From: Hemiscyllium ocellatum
Taxonomy: Eukaryota
Direction of reading: 5' to 3'
Assembly: GCF_020745735.1 (NCBI RefSeq)
Contig: NC_083402.1
Location: 139,604,527-139,668,526 of the forward strand
Length of the DNA stretch: 64,000 nt
How positions within the stretch are numbered: the stretch's first letter is position 1; every line of letters starts with the position of its first letter. Shown here in pieces: positions 51,676-64,000 of this stretch. A program made the translations under genes and the position numbers. The notes beneath the pieces were generated by a model. The model did not search any database and was not told where the DNA came from. It was given only the letters and a program-made list of their open reading frames with translations.

Positions 51676-52405
51676 GATGGATTACTGGGCTAATGGTAGG
51701 CTACTTGGTAGTGTGGATGAGCAGAGGGATCTTGGTGTCCATGTACACAGATCTCCGAAAGTTGCCACCCCAGTAAATAGTGCTGTGAAGAAGGCATATG
51801 GCGTACTGGGCTTTATTGGTAGAGGAACTGAGTTCCGGAGTCCTGAGGTCAAGTTGCAGTTGTATAAGACTCTGGTGCGGCCTTATCTGGAGTATTGTGT
51901 GCAGTTTTGGTCGCCATACTATAGGAAGGATGTGGAGGCACTGGAACAGGTGCAGAGGAGGTTTACCAGCATGTTGCCTGGCATGGTAGGAAGATCGTAT
52001 GAGGAAAGGCTGAGGCACTTGGGGCTGTTCTCATTGGAGAAAAAAAGGTTTAGGGGAGATTTGATAGAGATGTACAAGATGATTAGGGGTTTAGATAGGG
52101 TTGACAGTGAGAACCTTTTTCCACGTATGGAGTCAGCTGTTACTAGGGGACACAGCTTTAAATTAAGGGGGGGGGGGTTGGTATAGGACAGATGTTAGGG
52201 GTAGATTCTTTACTCAGCGGGTTGTGAGTTCATGGAATGCCCTGCCAGTATCAGTGGTGGACTCTCCCTCTTTATGGTCATTCAAGCGGGCATTGGATAA
52301 GCATATGGAGGTTATTGGGCTAGTGTAGGTTAGGTAGGCTTTGGTCGGCGCAACATCGAGGGCCGAAGGGCCTGTACTGCGCTGTATTTTTCTATGTTCT
52401 ATGTT
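51676..52405 (+). mobile_element. CR1 LINE 3' fragment (distinct young subfamily)
   Basis: EQRDLGVHVH, RPYLEYCVQFWSP; ttctatgttctatg tail. Confidence 0.92.
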
Positions 52406-54410
52406 AGTATAAGCACACAGGTCTGAATAAGCCCCTCCTGAGCTGAACCATTTTATTCATCCTTGCCAGCATTGCATATAAGCATGCAAATATCTGTTGG
52501 AGTTGATATGTGGTGCATTATAATGTAGCATTTATTGTACCCTATAGAAAAGCTTTGTAAGCCTTTCCATAGCCCTAAAGTTTTGCCCCATAATGTATAT
52601 TTGAAATTTGGTTGATTCTAAGACAGCTTGACCTTCTAGTGCTATGTTTCTAAATATGAGGATTCTTTCTTTTAAATGACTGATTGTAGATTTGACTATA
52701 ACACCCCATGACAAGTTCATTGACTTTTTTTTAATACATATGTGTGTACAGATTTGGATTATGTATTTATTTTCAATTTTGGGATCACACTTAGGAGGTT
52801 GTGATACTCCCAATGATTCCTAATACTGTATATTTGATTTTGCAATAATGATGAAATAGTATTACATATTAAGGCCAGGTTGCTGTCATTCATAGAATGA
52901 GAATGTGCATTGGTAAATTTTCTTTTGTTTTTCCTACCGCTGCTTCATGGTACTGCTAATTGCTTTTCAAGTAGGTAAGCCTGACTTGAGGAAAGCACTC
53001 CTGCAAGGTCATAAAGGTATAAATTCAGTAACAGAAATGCTCATCAAGCTGATTGCTTTGTTTTGGATAGTGTCAAGCTTCCTAACTGTTGTTTTGGCCA
53101 GGTGAAATAGTGCTGCTCTGATGTGCCCTGCTGCCCTTGTTCTTGATGTTTAAGGAAGTGGATGAGGTACCATTCAAGTGGCTACTTTGTCATGGATGCT
53201 GTTGAATTTCATGAATGTTGTTGGAGCAGTACCCAACCAAGCAAGTGGAAAGTGTCACACTACTAATTTGTGCCTTTATATGGCAAGTGGGCTTTGGGGA
53301 GTCAGCAGTGTGAATTGAAGATTGGCATCAGTGAAATTATGGTCCTCAGAAGGATGCTGAGGTCAATCATTCATTTGGAACTTATGGCTCAAAGTCATTG
53401 CAGACTTGTCAACCTTTAGATTCCCCATTCATTGTGGATGGGTATACATGCGGATTCTCCTATTGGCACCATCATTTGTGACTGGATATGGCAGTTTTTG
53501 TCCAACTTTGATCTGTTGTGTATTGCATTGCTTATCTATACTGAGGCAGCAGTGGGTGCTGCCTCTGCTTTTCAGCTCCTATGCAGTTCTGGCTTGTTGG
53601 TAATGGCAGAGTGAGAGATATCTCTGGCCAGGCAGTTAGAGATTTTGGTGGAATTGATTCGCCTGCAGATTAAATGTATCCAATGCTAAGGTTGATGCCT
53701 GGTGTTCTTTTCTTTTATGTTTGACTTTTCTGTAGTGGTTGGATGCATCTGAGTGGCTTGCTCAGCCATTTCAGATGGTAGTTAAGAATCAATTGTATTG
53801 CTGTGTGGTTGGAGTCACATATCAGCCAGACTGGATAAGGATTGCAGAATTCCTGTTCCACAAGGGGTGAAAGACAATCACCTCCCAAAAGTACATTAGT
53901 GATATATTCTTTGGAGTCCAGTAGTTTAATGACCATTCTTAAGACTGACTTTTTAATGTTGACTTATTTAAACTTCCCAGCTGCAGTGGTGGGATTTGAA
54001 TTTATCTACAGAGCACATCAACTCTAGATTACTCATCTTGTAACATTACTGCAATTATAATTTTTTTAATTATGCTATTGAAGTTGGGGATAATGTCTGT
54101 CTTGATGGTGATTGCTTGTTACTTGGATAATGTGTTTTAAATGTGTATTTGGATAATGTTCATGAAGAACTGTTGATGAATATCTAACCCAGTTATTTCA
54201 TTTGAATGTGTTTTATTTGTCCTGGTGAGAAATCCCATGCTGATAGGTGAGTCCAAAAATATATTGATGGAATAGATTCATACAACACAATCATTTTGTT
54301 TCAAAGCTGGGTTTTAAATAATTCTGGAACAAGTTTTGGATGGAGAAGTGTTCTCCCTAGGGATTTGGCTGAGTATATTCTCTCCTGCAGAAGGATAGTC
54401 TGAAGTATTC

Positions 54411-55832
54411 ATGAATTTTGAGAAGATGTGTAGCTAAGGTTGAGGTTCTGGATGTAGGTATGCTCGCTGAGCTGGAAGGTTCATTTTCAGACATTTCATC
54501 AACATACTTGGTAACATCTTCAGTGAGCCTCTGGATGAAGCACTGTTGGTGTTTCCTGCTTTCTATTTATATGTTTGGGTTTCCTTGGGTTGGTGATGTC
54601 ATTTCCTATAGTGATATCATTTCCTGGTCTTTTTCTCAGGGGGTTGTGAATGGGATCCAAGTCAATGTGTTTGTTGATAGAGTTCTGGTTGGAATGCCAT
54701 GCTTCTAGGAATTCTTGTGCATGTCTGTGTTTGACTTGTCCTAGGATGGATGTGTTGTCCCAGTCAAAGTGATGTCTTTCTTCATCTGTATGTGAGAATA
54801 TTGGTGAGAATGGATCGTGCCATTTTGTAACTAGTTGATGTTCATGTATCCTGGTGGCTAGTTTTCTGCCTGTTTATCCAATATAGTGTTTGTTACAGTT
54901 CTTGCGCCGTATTTTGTAAATCACATTAGTTTTGCTTGTTGTCTGTATAGGGTCTTTCAAGTACATTAGCTGCTGATTTAGTGTGTTGATGGGTTTGTGG
55001 GCTACCATGATGCCAAGGGGTCTGAGTAGTCTGGCTGTCATTTCCGAGATGTCTTTGATGTAGGGGAGAGTGGCTAGGGTTTCTAGATGCGTTTTGTCTG
55101 CTTGTTTGGGTTTATTGCTGAGGAATTGTTGGACTGTATTGATTGGGAATACCTATACAGTGTATTCAAAAAGACCGGTACCCAATGAACACAGACTGGC
55201 AATTCCTCAGCAATAAACCCAAACAAGCAGACAAAACGCATCTAGAAACCCTAGCCACTCTCCCCTACATCAAAGACATCTCAGAAATGACTGCCTGACT
55301 ACTCAGACCCCTTGGCATCATGGTAGCCCACCAACACACTAAATCAGCAGCTAATGAACTTGAAAGACCCTATACAGACAATGAGCAAAATTAATGTCAT
55401 TTACAAAATACCATGCAAGATCTGTAACAAACACTATATTGGACAAACAGGTGGAATACTAGCCACCAGGATATATGAACATTAACTAGCCACAATACAA
55501 CATGACCCTCTCTCACTAGTACCCTTTTACATACAGATAAGGAAGGACATCACTTCGACTGGGACAAGCCAAACACAGACATGCACGAGAATTTCTAGAA
55601 GCATGGCATTCCAACTGGAACTCTATCAACAAACACATTGACTTGGATCCCATCTACCACCCCCTGAGAAAAAGAACAGGAAATTACATCACCAAGGAAG
55701 CCCAATTATATAAATAGAAAGCAGGAAACACCAGCAATGCTTCATCCAGAGGCTCACTGAAGATGTTACCTAGTATGGTGACGAAACGTCTGAAAATGAA
55801 CCTTCCAGCTCAGCGAGCAAGCCTACGCCCAG
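54411..55832. mobile_element. Penelope-like (Poseidon-type) retroelement, fold-back insertion with GIY-YIG endonuclease remnant
   Basis: About 700-bp inverted arms. 55393-55485 reads NVIYKIPCKICNKHYIGQTG..LATRIYEH*. 14-bp TSD agtctgaagtattc at 54397-54410 and 55833-55846. Confidence 0.92.
55754..55793 (+). ncRNA. Minimal type I hammerhead ribozyme motif (intact, second family)
   Basis: UCA-CUGAAGA-U-GUUACC-UAGUAU-GGUGAC-GAAA-CG-UC-UGA. Confidence 0.78.
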
Positions 55833-56473
55833 AGTCTGAAGTATTCTTCAGACCTGCTTGAGCAATATAATTGATTTATTTGTGGTTCAATCATTCACCC
55901 ATCACACCTGTGCTCACTCAGATACATTATCTCCTGGACAAGCAATGCCCGATTTTAAAGTGCTCATCTTATTTTCAAGTTCCCGTGACCTCTACCTTGC
56001 CCTATTTTTGCTGCCTAGCAATCCTTTTGAGGTGTTTGTTCTCCTTTTAATTCTAACGTCTTGAGCTTCTCTGATTTTTATTTACCCCACTACTCACGGC
56101 TATAAGTGACATTTTACTTAGCTAGAGCTAATGATCCTTGTGACAACGATAAAAAGGAAGTCCTCTATCTTTCCGAAATAAGGTCAACTTAAGCAGTTTC
56201 TGTGGGGTTGTATACCATTTTAAAGTAAAGTGGTAGATGGACAAAAGGTGAACCTCTTCAGTGAAGGACATATCTTTGTTGACAAGAAGGGAAGCGCCCA
56301 CAATACACTTTCCTTCGTATAGGGAAACATCTGGCATAGAGATGTTTTGGATAAAATGAGTGATGCCTATCTCAAGCTCAATCAGCATGATCATGCATGC
56401 AATCATCCTTTGGATGCTCCACCAGAATTCATTTACTTTCCATAAGTAAAAGGATGTTGATTCAATTTAGTTG

Positions 56474-56889
56474 AAAATGTGTTGCTGGAAAAGCGCAGCA
56501 GGTCAGGCAGCATCCAAGGAACAGGAGATTCGACGTTTCGGGCATAAGCCCTTCTTCAGGAATGAGGAAAGTGTGTCCAGCAGGCTAAGATTAAAGGTAG
56601 GGAGGAGGGACTAGGGGGAGGAGCGATGGAGATGCGATAGGTGGAAGGAGGTCAAGGTGAGGGTGATAGGCCGGAGTGGGGTGGGGGCGGAGTGGTCAGG
56701 AAGAAGATTGCAGGTTAGGAAGGCGGTGCTGAGTTCGAGGGATTTGACTGAGACAAGGTGGGGGGAGGGGAAATGAGGAAACTGGAGAAATCGGAGTTCA
56801 TCCCTTGTGGTTGGAGGGTTCCCAGGCGGAAGATGAGGCGCTCTTCCTCCAACCGTCAGAAATATATCTGCAGACCTCACTTTCTCCTC
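56474..56889 (-). mobile_element. Penelope-like (Neptune-type) 3' fragment with inverted tail
   Basis: Minus strand encodes RLEEERLIFRLGTLQPQGMNSDF (GIY-YIG C-terminus), then 3' UTR and hammerhead. Perfect 17-bp TSD ttgattcaatttagttg at 56457-56473 and 56890-56906. Confidence 0.9.
56528..56563 (-). ncRNA. Minimal type I hammerhead ribozyme motif (intact)
   Basis: AUUC-CUGAAGA-A-GGGC-UUAU-GCCC-GAAA-CG-UC-GAAU: full core, 4-bp stem I, 4-bp stem II, GUC triplet. Confidence 0.8.
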
Positions 56890-59800
56890 TTGATTCAATT
56901 TAGTTGTCTACTTAGCCCTCCTTTTTTGTCTTAAATTTATTACGATTTTTAAAGATGATCAATGATGTGTAAGTCCCATTAACCCACTGTCCTTCTAAAT
57001 TTGACAAAGGCAAATTAAATAGCATAGCAGCTTTTACATTATTTAGCTGTGTGGCAGCATGAATACTGTGACTTTCTAACAACTTGAGGATAAGACGAGC
57101 CTGTAGCTGGGAGGTATTACGGTCCCAGACAAGATCACCAACTTTTAGATTGGAATCTGGTTAGGGCCTGGAGACCACTTTTGATTTTAAAATAGACACA
57201 ACGTTTGAAATTGTATGCTTAAAAAAAAATCCACAAAACTTCAGAGTTTTGAACAAACACAAAAGTTTGTAAATAAAAGATTAGAAAAATAGCACCGAAA
57301 ATCTGCTGGCAATATTCTGTGGAGATTGTATGAATCTTGAGTGAATGGAGATATGAAACAAGATCCCTGAAAATAAAGGACTTCTATTGGTATAGCAAGT
57401 TTCAGATCCTTGGTGCGTTTAGAGTCATAGAGGAACACAGCACGGAAACAGGTTCTATGGCCCAACTCGTCCATGCCTCCTAAACTGAACTAGTTCCATT
57501 TGCCTCCATTTGGCCCATATCACCTTCAATCTTTCCTATCCATGTACCTGTCCAAATGTCTTTTAAATGTTGTGATTGTACTTGCCTCTGTCATTTCTTC
57601 TGGTAACTCGTTCCATATATGCACCACACACTGTGTGGAAAAAAGTTGCTCCTGAGGTCCCTTTTTCAAATCTTTCCCATCTCACTTTAAACCTATGCTT
57701 CTCATAGTCAGGGAATTTCAAACATAATCACTGTTGTTACCGAGACAAATGTGAAAATCTCTCTGCTCTTGAAATAGTACCATGGAATGTTTTCATATGA
57801 GAACAATTTAGGTTCAAAGTATCATCAAAAGGGCAGCATATCTTTATGTAGGAAACTCACTGTAACAGCCAGATTATTTGGTCTGAACATCATTTGTTAT
57901 TTGTTGGAGTTTACTGTGCCAAATTTCGCAGCTATGTTCTTCACAGGAACAATAAAACTCCAGCCAGCGAGTGCTTTTGAAGTTTAAAAAGCTTTAGGAC
58001 ATTCTAGAGATCATGAAAGGCTTTTAATAAATGTGAAACTTCTTTTATCACAATTAAAGATCAGCCTGGATCATGTGCCAACATTTGACTTAAAGGCAAG
58101 AGTGCTCCCACTAGTTATTTTGCATTTGGCTTTAAATCTGTTGGTGAGGGCTTGTCACCCAGGTCCTCTGATCAAATCACGATCTTAAAAGAAGCATGTT
58201 GAATCTATCCTTTTGTAGTAATTTGCCTCATCCTTTGTAAATGAAAGGAAATGTTTTAGAACGATTGTATTTGAGCAGAAACAGCTTTTTTAATGGTCTC
58301 TTAACTCCTCCAGCTCTACAGTCAGTGTCTCCTCACATTTCTTTGTTATGCAGGACTTGTTCATATGATTTCGGCGTCCTCATACAAGAAAGACAAAGTG
58401 TTAATATACAGACGTAGCAAGTAATTAGGAAGGCAAATGAAATCTTTCTGTTTACTACCAGGGATGGAGTATAAAAGGGGCAAGTCTTGCTTAGAGTCAT
58501 GCTAGGCACCAGTTCTGATTCCCTGATATTGGAGACAGTTTGGAGAAGATTCACTGAGTTGATTCCTGGGATGGAAGGGTTGTCTTAAGATGAAAGGTTG
58601 AGTACGTTGGACCTGTATTCAATGACAATTTTTCGAAGAATGATCTTGTTAAAACTTAGGGGCTTGCTTGAGTAGATGTTAAGAGGATGTTAGTATCTAG
58701 AATGAGGGAAACGATTTCTGAATAAGAAGCACTTACTTAAAATGACAAATGGGAGGAATTTCTTCTGAGGGTCGTGACTTTTTGCACATCTGGAACCTGG
58801 GGAATTGTAGAAGCTGAATAATCGATGGATGTTTGAACAATGTCAAGATATGTGGTGAAACAAACATTAAAGTGAGGTTGAGGCAACATTCAGATCACCC
58901 ATGGTTTTATAGAAGGGTGGAACAGCTTCTTTGCTTGAATAAATTTGAGTTATTGTCCCTTCACATTCAGGATCTAAAAAGTGAGGTAACTGCCTCCTTG
59001 TGAGAAGCAGAATGGTTTATTTATAAGGTATCAGTGTTCTCTTATTTAAGTTGAGGGGGTTTTTAAAATGGAAGCCATGGAATATGTTTCAATCTGGTTA
59101 CAGTCTAGTTTGTACTTCTGGTTTGTGCCAGTTTACATTACTAATATGAGCCTCCTTGAGGCATTACAGATTGATAAGTATAAAATGGTGAGCATTAATT
59201 TCTTTCTGGAAGAAGGTTCTGTTATCTATTTAAGTTCTTCTTCCTTTTTGTGCATTTATGACTGATTCCCTTTTGTTTTATTTTTATAACTCAAAAAGCC
59301 TTTGAATAAAGTTAGGGACCCTTTACAGACCTCTGGATGAGGTTTCTCTTTGGTAAGTGTGCAAAGAGTGGAAGTTTTCAGACGCTTCAACCCTGGACCT
59401 TAAAAGGACTTAAATCTTTACAAAAAGAAATAATTGATCTGTTGATCAAGCAGACGACAGAAGGAGCAAATTGCATTCTTTCTGTCTGTCTGGAATGGGG
59501 TTACTATGAAATTGATACTAGCCAAACCTGTAGAAATCAGGTCACAACATTTACGACATGATACACAATATATGCAATGTTTGAATTAAACAAAAGCACA
59601 TTCTTTTGAAAATAGGTTTGAGGTTTTAAACAGTTTCTGGTTTATTTTATGCATTCTTCAGGAATTAATTTTCTGTTGTTAAGTTTGATGTTAGGAGACT
59701 TTAGGTAGCAAAAGGATTGACAAATCTCTCCTATCTGCTTCTGCACTCTTCACTCTTCCCTTGCCTATGATCTGTCATTTGCCATTTCCAGACATAGTAT

Positions 59801-60025
59801 CTGAACATTTTAGGCATTTGACTTAGTTGACTTGAAGGTTGGATGTGGCAGATGTCTGGGAGACAAGCAACTAGTTTTAACTCTTACTATTTAAACACAA
59901 GAGGTCTTAAGCTATCATTTTGTGACCGCTCCTAACTAACAGCAAAGCAACTGTGGGCAGTAAACCAGTGCACAAAGAATATAAACACATTCCATCTCCA
60001 CCAATAAAACAAATAGACTTAGGTA

Positions 60026-60174
60026 CTGAGGAACCTTGATTATCCAAGAGTCGATTATCTGAATTTCAGATTATCCGAACAAGATCGCAAGGTCCCAATG
60101 CTTGGCTAAACTGTGTTATCCGGCATTTGATTATACTCCCCTCACGTGTTGTTTGGATAATCGAGGTTCCTCTG
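60026..60174. mobile_element. Tc1/mariner (pogo/Tigger-like) MITE
   Basis: TA-ctgaggaaccttgattatcc...ggataatcgaggttcctctg-TA. Confidence 0.87.
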
Positions 60175-60730
60175 TACTCCATAAATGCCTTGTACAAATG
60201 ATATTCAAGCTGTTCTACTTTGTGATCTAGCAGCAGAGGACACAATGTGTTTTTTTTTGTCAAATAATCTTTTCAATGTGGTGACTTTGTTGACAAAATG
60301 CAGTTTGTATCTGGATTTGTTGAAGATTCCTCCTTGTTCCTTTTGAGTTGAGAACAGCTACATATTGACAGGCATGCCAAAAGCACTTGCTACAGCAAGT
60401 TCTCACAGATGTTTATAATCGCTTGACTGATTTTATTCAGTCACCTACTGTGTATTCCAATTTAAGACTCCATTCAGATTGACTGTATTTTTTTAAATAA
60501 AACTTCTGAATGTTCAGAAAAAAGACCAGGTCAACTTGTTTGATTTTGAATATTTTGGATCATGATCATTTTGAACAAATGGAAGGCATTTTTAAAAACA
60601 AATTACCAACATCCCTTTCACGTATCATTTTGAAGAAAGAAAATATTTTTCCTGAAATTTCTAGGGTTGAAAAGATGGGACCAGATTTGAGAGATTAAGC
60701 AGTTAGGAATGTTGCAGCTATACTAATTCT

Positions 60731-60899
60731 TAAAAATGTGTCGCTGGAAAAGCGCAGCAGGTCAGGCAGCGTCAAAGGAGCAGGAGAATCGACGTTTCGG
60801 GCATAAGCCCTCTTTGATGCTGCCTGACCTGCTGCGCTTTTCCAGCAACACATTTTTAAGCTGTGAACTCCAGCATCTGCAGTCCTCACTTTTTCTCCT
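60731..60899. mobile_element. Palindromic PLE-terminus element
   Basis: Inverted arms plus tail. Degenerate 15-bp TSD agctatactaattct (60716-60730) / agctaaaccaattct (60900-60914). Confidence 0.83.
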
Positions 60900-63800
60900 A
60901 GCTAAACCAATTCTGTCCTCTTAAACCACAAGAGATAGGAACAGGGTAGGTCGTTTGGCCTTGAATCTACTCTGCCATTCATCAGGAACATTGCTAATCT
61001 GACATTCCTCAACCACTTTCCTGTCTTTTCCCTATAGCCATAGATTCTCGATCAGTAGGGAGTCAATCTGAGCCTAAAATATACACAAAGTTTTTGCTTG
61101 GGCAGCACTCTGTGGCAGGGAGTTCCAAAGACACTCCACCATCGGGACAGAAGGAATTCCTCCTGCTCTCAGTTTTAAATTGCTGCCCCTGATCCAAGAC
61201 TATCCCACGAGGGGAAACATCCTCTCAGGATTTACCTGTCATATCCCTTAAGAATGTTTGTGCTTCAATGCAATCTCCTCTCGCTCTTCTAAATTCCAAT
61301 GAGTAGCGCTCCAACTTAATTAACCTGTGCTTATAAGATAAACCCCTCCATACCACGGATCATGTGAACCTTCTCTGAAACAATGTCTTTCCTTAAACAA
61401 GGGGACTAAAACTGCTGTCAGTACTCCAGATATGATTTCACCAGCACCTTGTACAATTGCAGTAAGACCTCCGCACTTTTTATACTTCAAGCCTTTTGAA
61501 ATACGGACTAACATTCCCTTTGCCTTCCTTTCCTACACTTGTGCATTTAAATTCTTAAGCAGCCTAATATGAGGTACTTTAGCAAACGTACTCTGAAAAA
61601 TCCGAATGTATTATATCCAATTCCACCCCCCCAATCTAAAAGCTGGATGGCATTGGAGCATTAAGTTTCTCTTGCACAAAAGAGTAACACATTCTAAAGA
61701 GCTCCCTTATTTATAGCCCTGAGAACATTTTACAGCAAAGGCCAAACTTCATTTTCTTGATTGATCTAACATCCATTAGCCAGCTGAAACTGCTTTGTTA
61801 AATTCAGTTCTGCCAAGAGGCAAATCTGTTTGATCTAACTTTGACAGTAGAAATATGATTAGAAAACTAGTGGCTCCTGATCTGATCTGATACTGTTGTC
61901 ACTTAAAAGTAATGGAAAGAAAATAGTGTAGATTCATTAGGATTTTACAACCGATGAAAGGTTACAATCAGGGAGAAAATATTGAAAATTGAACAGTTTC
62001 CCTTTGGTGTTGAGGTTGTTGAGTGGTGACAATTGAAACCTTTTGTGGTTCTGAAGTGATTTGATAAGATTTGTGGTTTGTTCTGGAGCGTCACACCTCA
62101 CAGTCGAGATATACTTGCGGATAAGGTAATAAATTGTCTTAGATGTTGATGTCTCAACTACAAGTACTGTTGTGGACATTTGTCTCCAACAGCAGATGAG
62201 ATTAAGTAAGTCACAGAATCAAAGGAGTCGAACAGCGCAGGAAGAGGCCGTTTGGCCCATCAAATGAGCATCATTATCTAGTGTCAGTCTCCTGCTTTAT
62301 CCCCATACCCTTGCACTTTATTTTCATCCAAATAATCATCCAAGGCGCTCTCGATGCCTCACTGTAACCTACCTGTATCATGTTTCCAGGCAGTGCATTC
62401 CAAAACCTAACTACTTGCTGTGTGAAAAAGCTTTTCCTCACGTCACACTTGCTTCTTTTGCAAATCCCTTTAAAACCATGCCCTCTTGATCTTATTACTT
62501 ATACAAAACGTAACAGTTTCTCCTATCTACTGTAACCAGTCTGCTCATAACTGTGAAAACCGCCGTCAAATCTCCTTTGGAGCTGCCTTTTCCAAGGATA
62601 ACTGTCCCAACTTCTTCAATCTTCCCTCCATAACTGAAGTTACTCATCTTTGGAACCTAATTGTAAATTACTTGACACTTTCCAATGTGTTCATATCCTT
62701 TTTATAAATGTAGCACCCAGAGTTATACATAACATTAAAGGTGAGATCTAAAAAATTGTCTTGTATAAGTTCAACATCACTTCCCTTGCTCTTTTACTCT
62801 ATGCTCCTATGAGTAAAGCCAAGGACGTTGCTTTACTTTTATCTTTGTCTGTCCTACCATCTTCAATGACATATATACAAATGCATCCAATCTGCTGCAC
62901 CTGGAATCCCTTTCGAATTATTTCCCTGATTTTATATTGTCTTTCAATGTTCATCTAACTAAAATGCATACCCTCTCATGCTCTGCATTGATCCTTGTTT
63001 GCCATCTATCTGCCCACCCCGCCAACTTGTCTATGCCCTTTTGGAGTTCTACACTGTCCTCTTGTCAGTTTATAAGTTTCATGACACCTGAAAACTTTGA
63101 ACTTGTCCCTTGAACATCATGATCTGGATCATTAATATGTAGAATAAGTGTTAATTCCTGACTGATCCCCTCAGCACTTGATGCAGGCCACTCCATGCTT
63201 ATGCTGTCAAACTACTCTTGATGAGTCACTGACGTTTCCCCACCGAGGGTACGTTCTGTGACTTTAATTCCCCTTGTACAACTTGGAGTTAGTTATGCTG
63301 TAATCGGACTGGAATTAACAAGTTAACATCTGAGAAATTATTAGGAAATGTTAGAGCCTGTCATAAAGGATGCAACAGTGGAACATTTAGGGAAGATAAT
63401 ATGATCAAGCAGAATTAGCTTGGTTTCATTTACTGGAATACTTTGAGGTAACAAGCAGGATAGATAAAGGCAAAGTAATATATTTGGATATTGAGAATGT
63501 ATTTGATAATGTATCTCACATTAGGCTACTTAATCCAAAGTGTTGGAGCTAGTGTATTAGCATGAATAGAGAATAAGCCAACTGATAAAAGACAGTGAAT
63601 TGAAATAAGGGCATTTTCAGGATGGCAACCTGTAATTAACGGAATGCCAGAGGGATCACTGCTGGGGCCACAATAATTTGAGTTGGATGAGGAAAGATGG
63701 CCAATTTTCATATGACTCAAAAATAGGTGTGAAGGTAAGAATGTGTATAAGGTATAAACAGGCAGGGAAAGAGTTAAGTCCTTAGTTTTGTGAAACAGGA

Positions 63801-64000
63801 GGTTCACCTGAGCATGACTCAGATCAGATAAGAACTTGCAGTTAACAATGGGGTACTGGAGGCAATGGGTTAACAAGGTGGAAGAGCATCCATTATGTAA
63901 AGCCATGTAACAATATTGGAAGCATTTAGTATGTAAGGTCAATTTAACAAAGTGAAAAGTATTCATTATGTGAAGCCAGTTGGGGTTAAGAATATTCATT

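Noticed and set aside
1170-63999. Remaining short ORFs in the supplied track
   Set aside because: Non-ATG starts, no recognisable homology, or translations of SINE/LINE/PLE sequence.
45530-64000. Coding exons of the + strand gene (BTB or zinc-finger domains)
   Set aside because: No such peptide in the ORF track or by eye; the region is TE-rich and intron-like.

Overview
Vertebrate (not prokaryotic) genomic DNA. The repeat content (HE1/V-SINE-type tRNA SINEs, HER1/CR1-type LINEs, Deu-domain SINE relics) points to an elasmobranch, probably a shark (inference). The left half carries coding exons 1-11 of POLR1E (RNA polymerase I subunit RPA49/PAF53) on the minus strand (787-29109). I assembled them by hand into one open frame with consistent splice phases; the last exon lies left of the window. 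Intron 7 is a textbook U12-type (minor spliceosome) GT-AG intron. Directly upstream of the POLR1E ATG is a 39-bp minisatellite in which every unit carries a CTCF-like core motif in the same orientation. A CpG island at about 45150-45530 with a + strand splice donor looks like the non-coding first exon of a divergent gene (ZBTB5 by recalled human synteny; no CDS in the window). The rest is transposon-derived. The most striking hidden structure is a set of at least three sequence-unrelated families of short, often fold-back Penelope-like (PLE) insertions with 14-17 bp target-site duplications. All share a minimal type I hammerhead ribozyme core (CUGANGA-N-stem II-GAAA-CG/GC-UH) with covarying stems and a palindromic helix III. 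Several cores are intact, two of them in sense orientation inside POLR1E intron 1. Almost all ORFs in the supplied track are spurious or TE fragments. TE boundaries are approximate unless a TSD is given.
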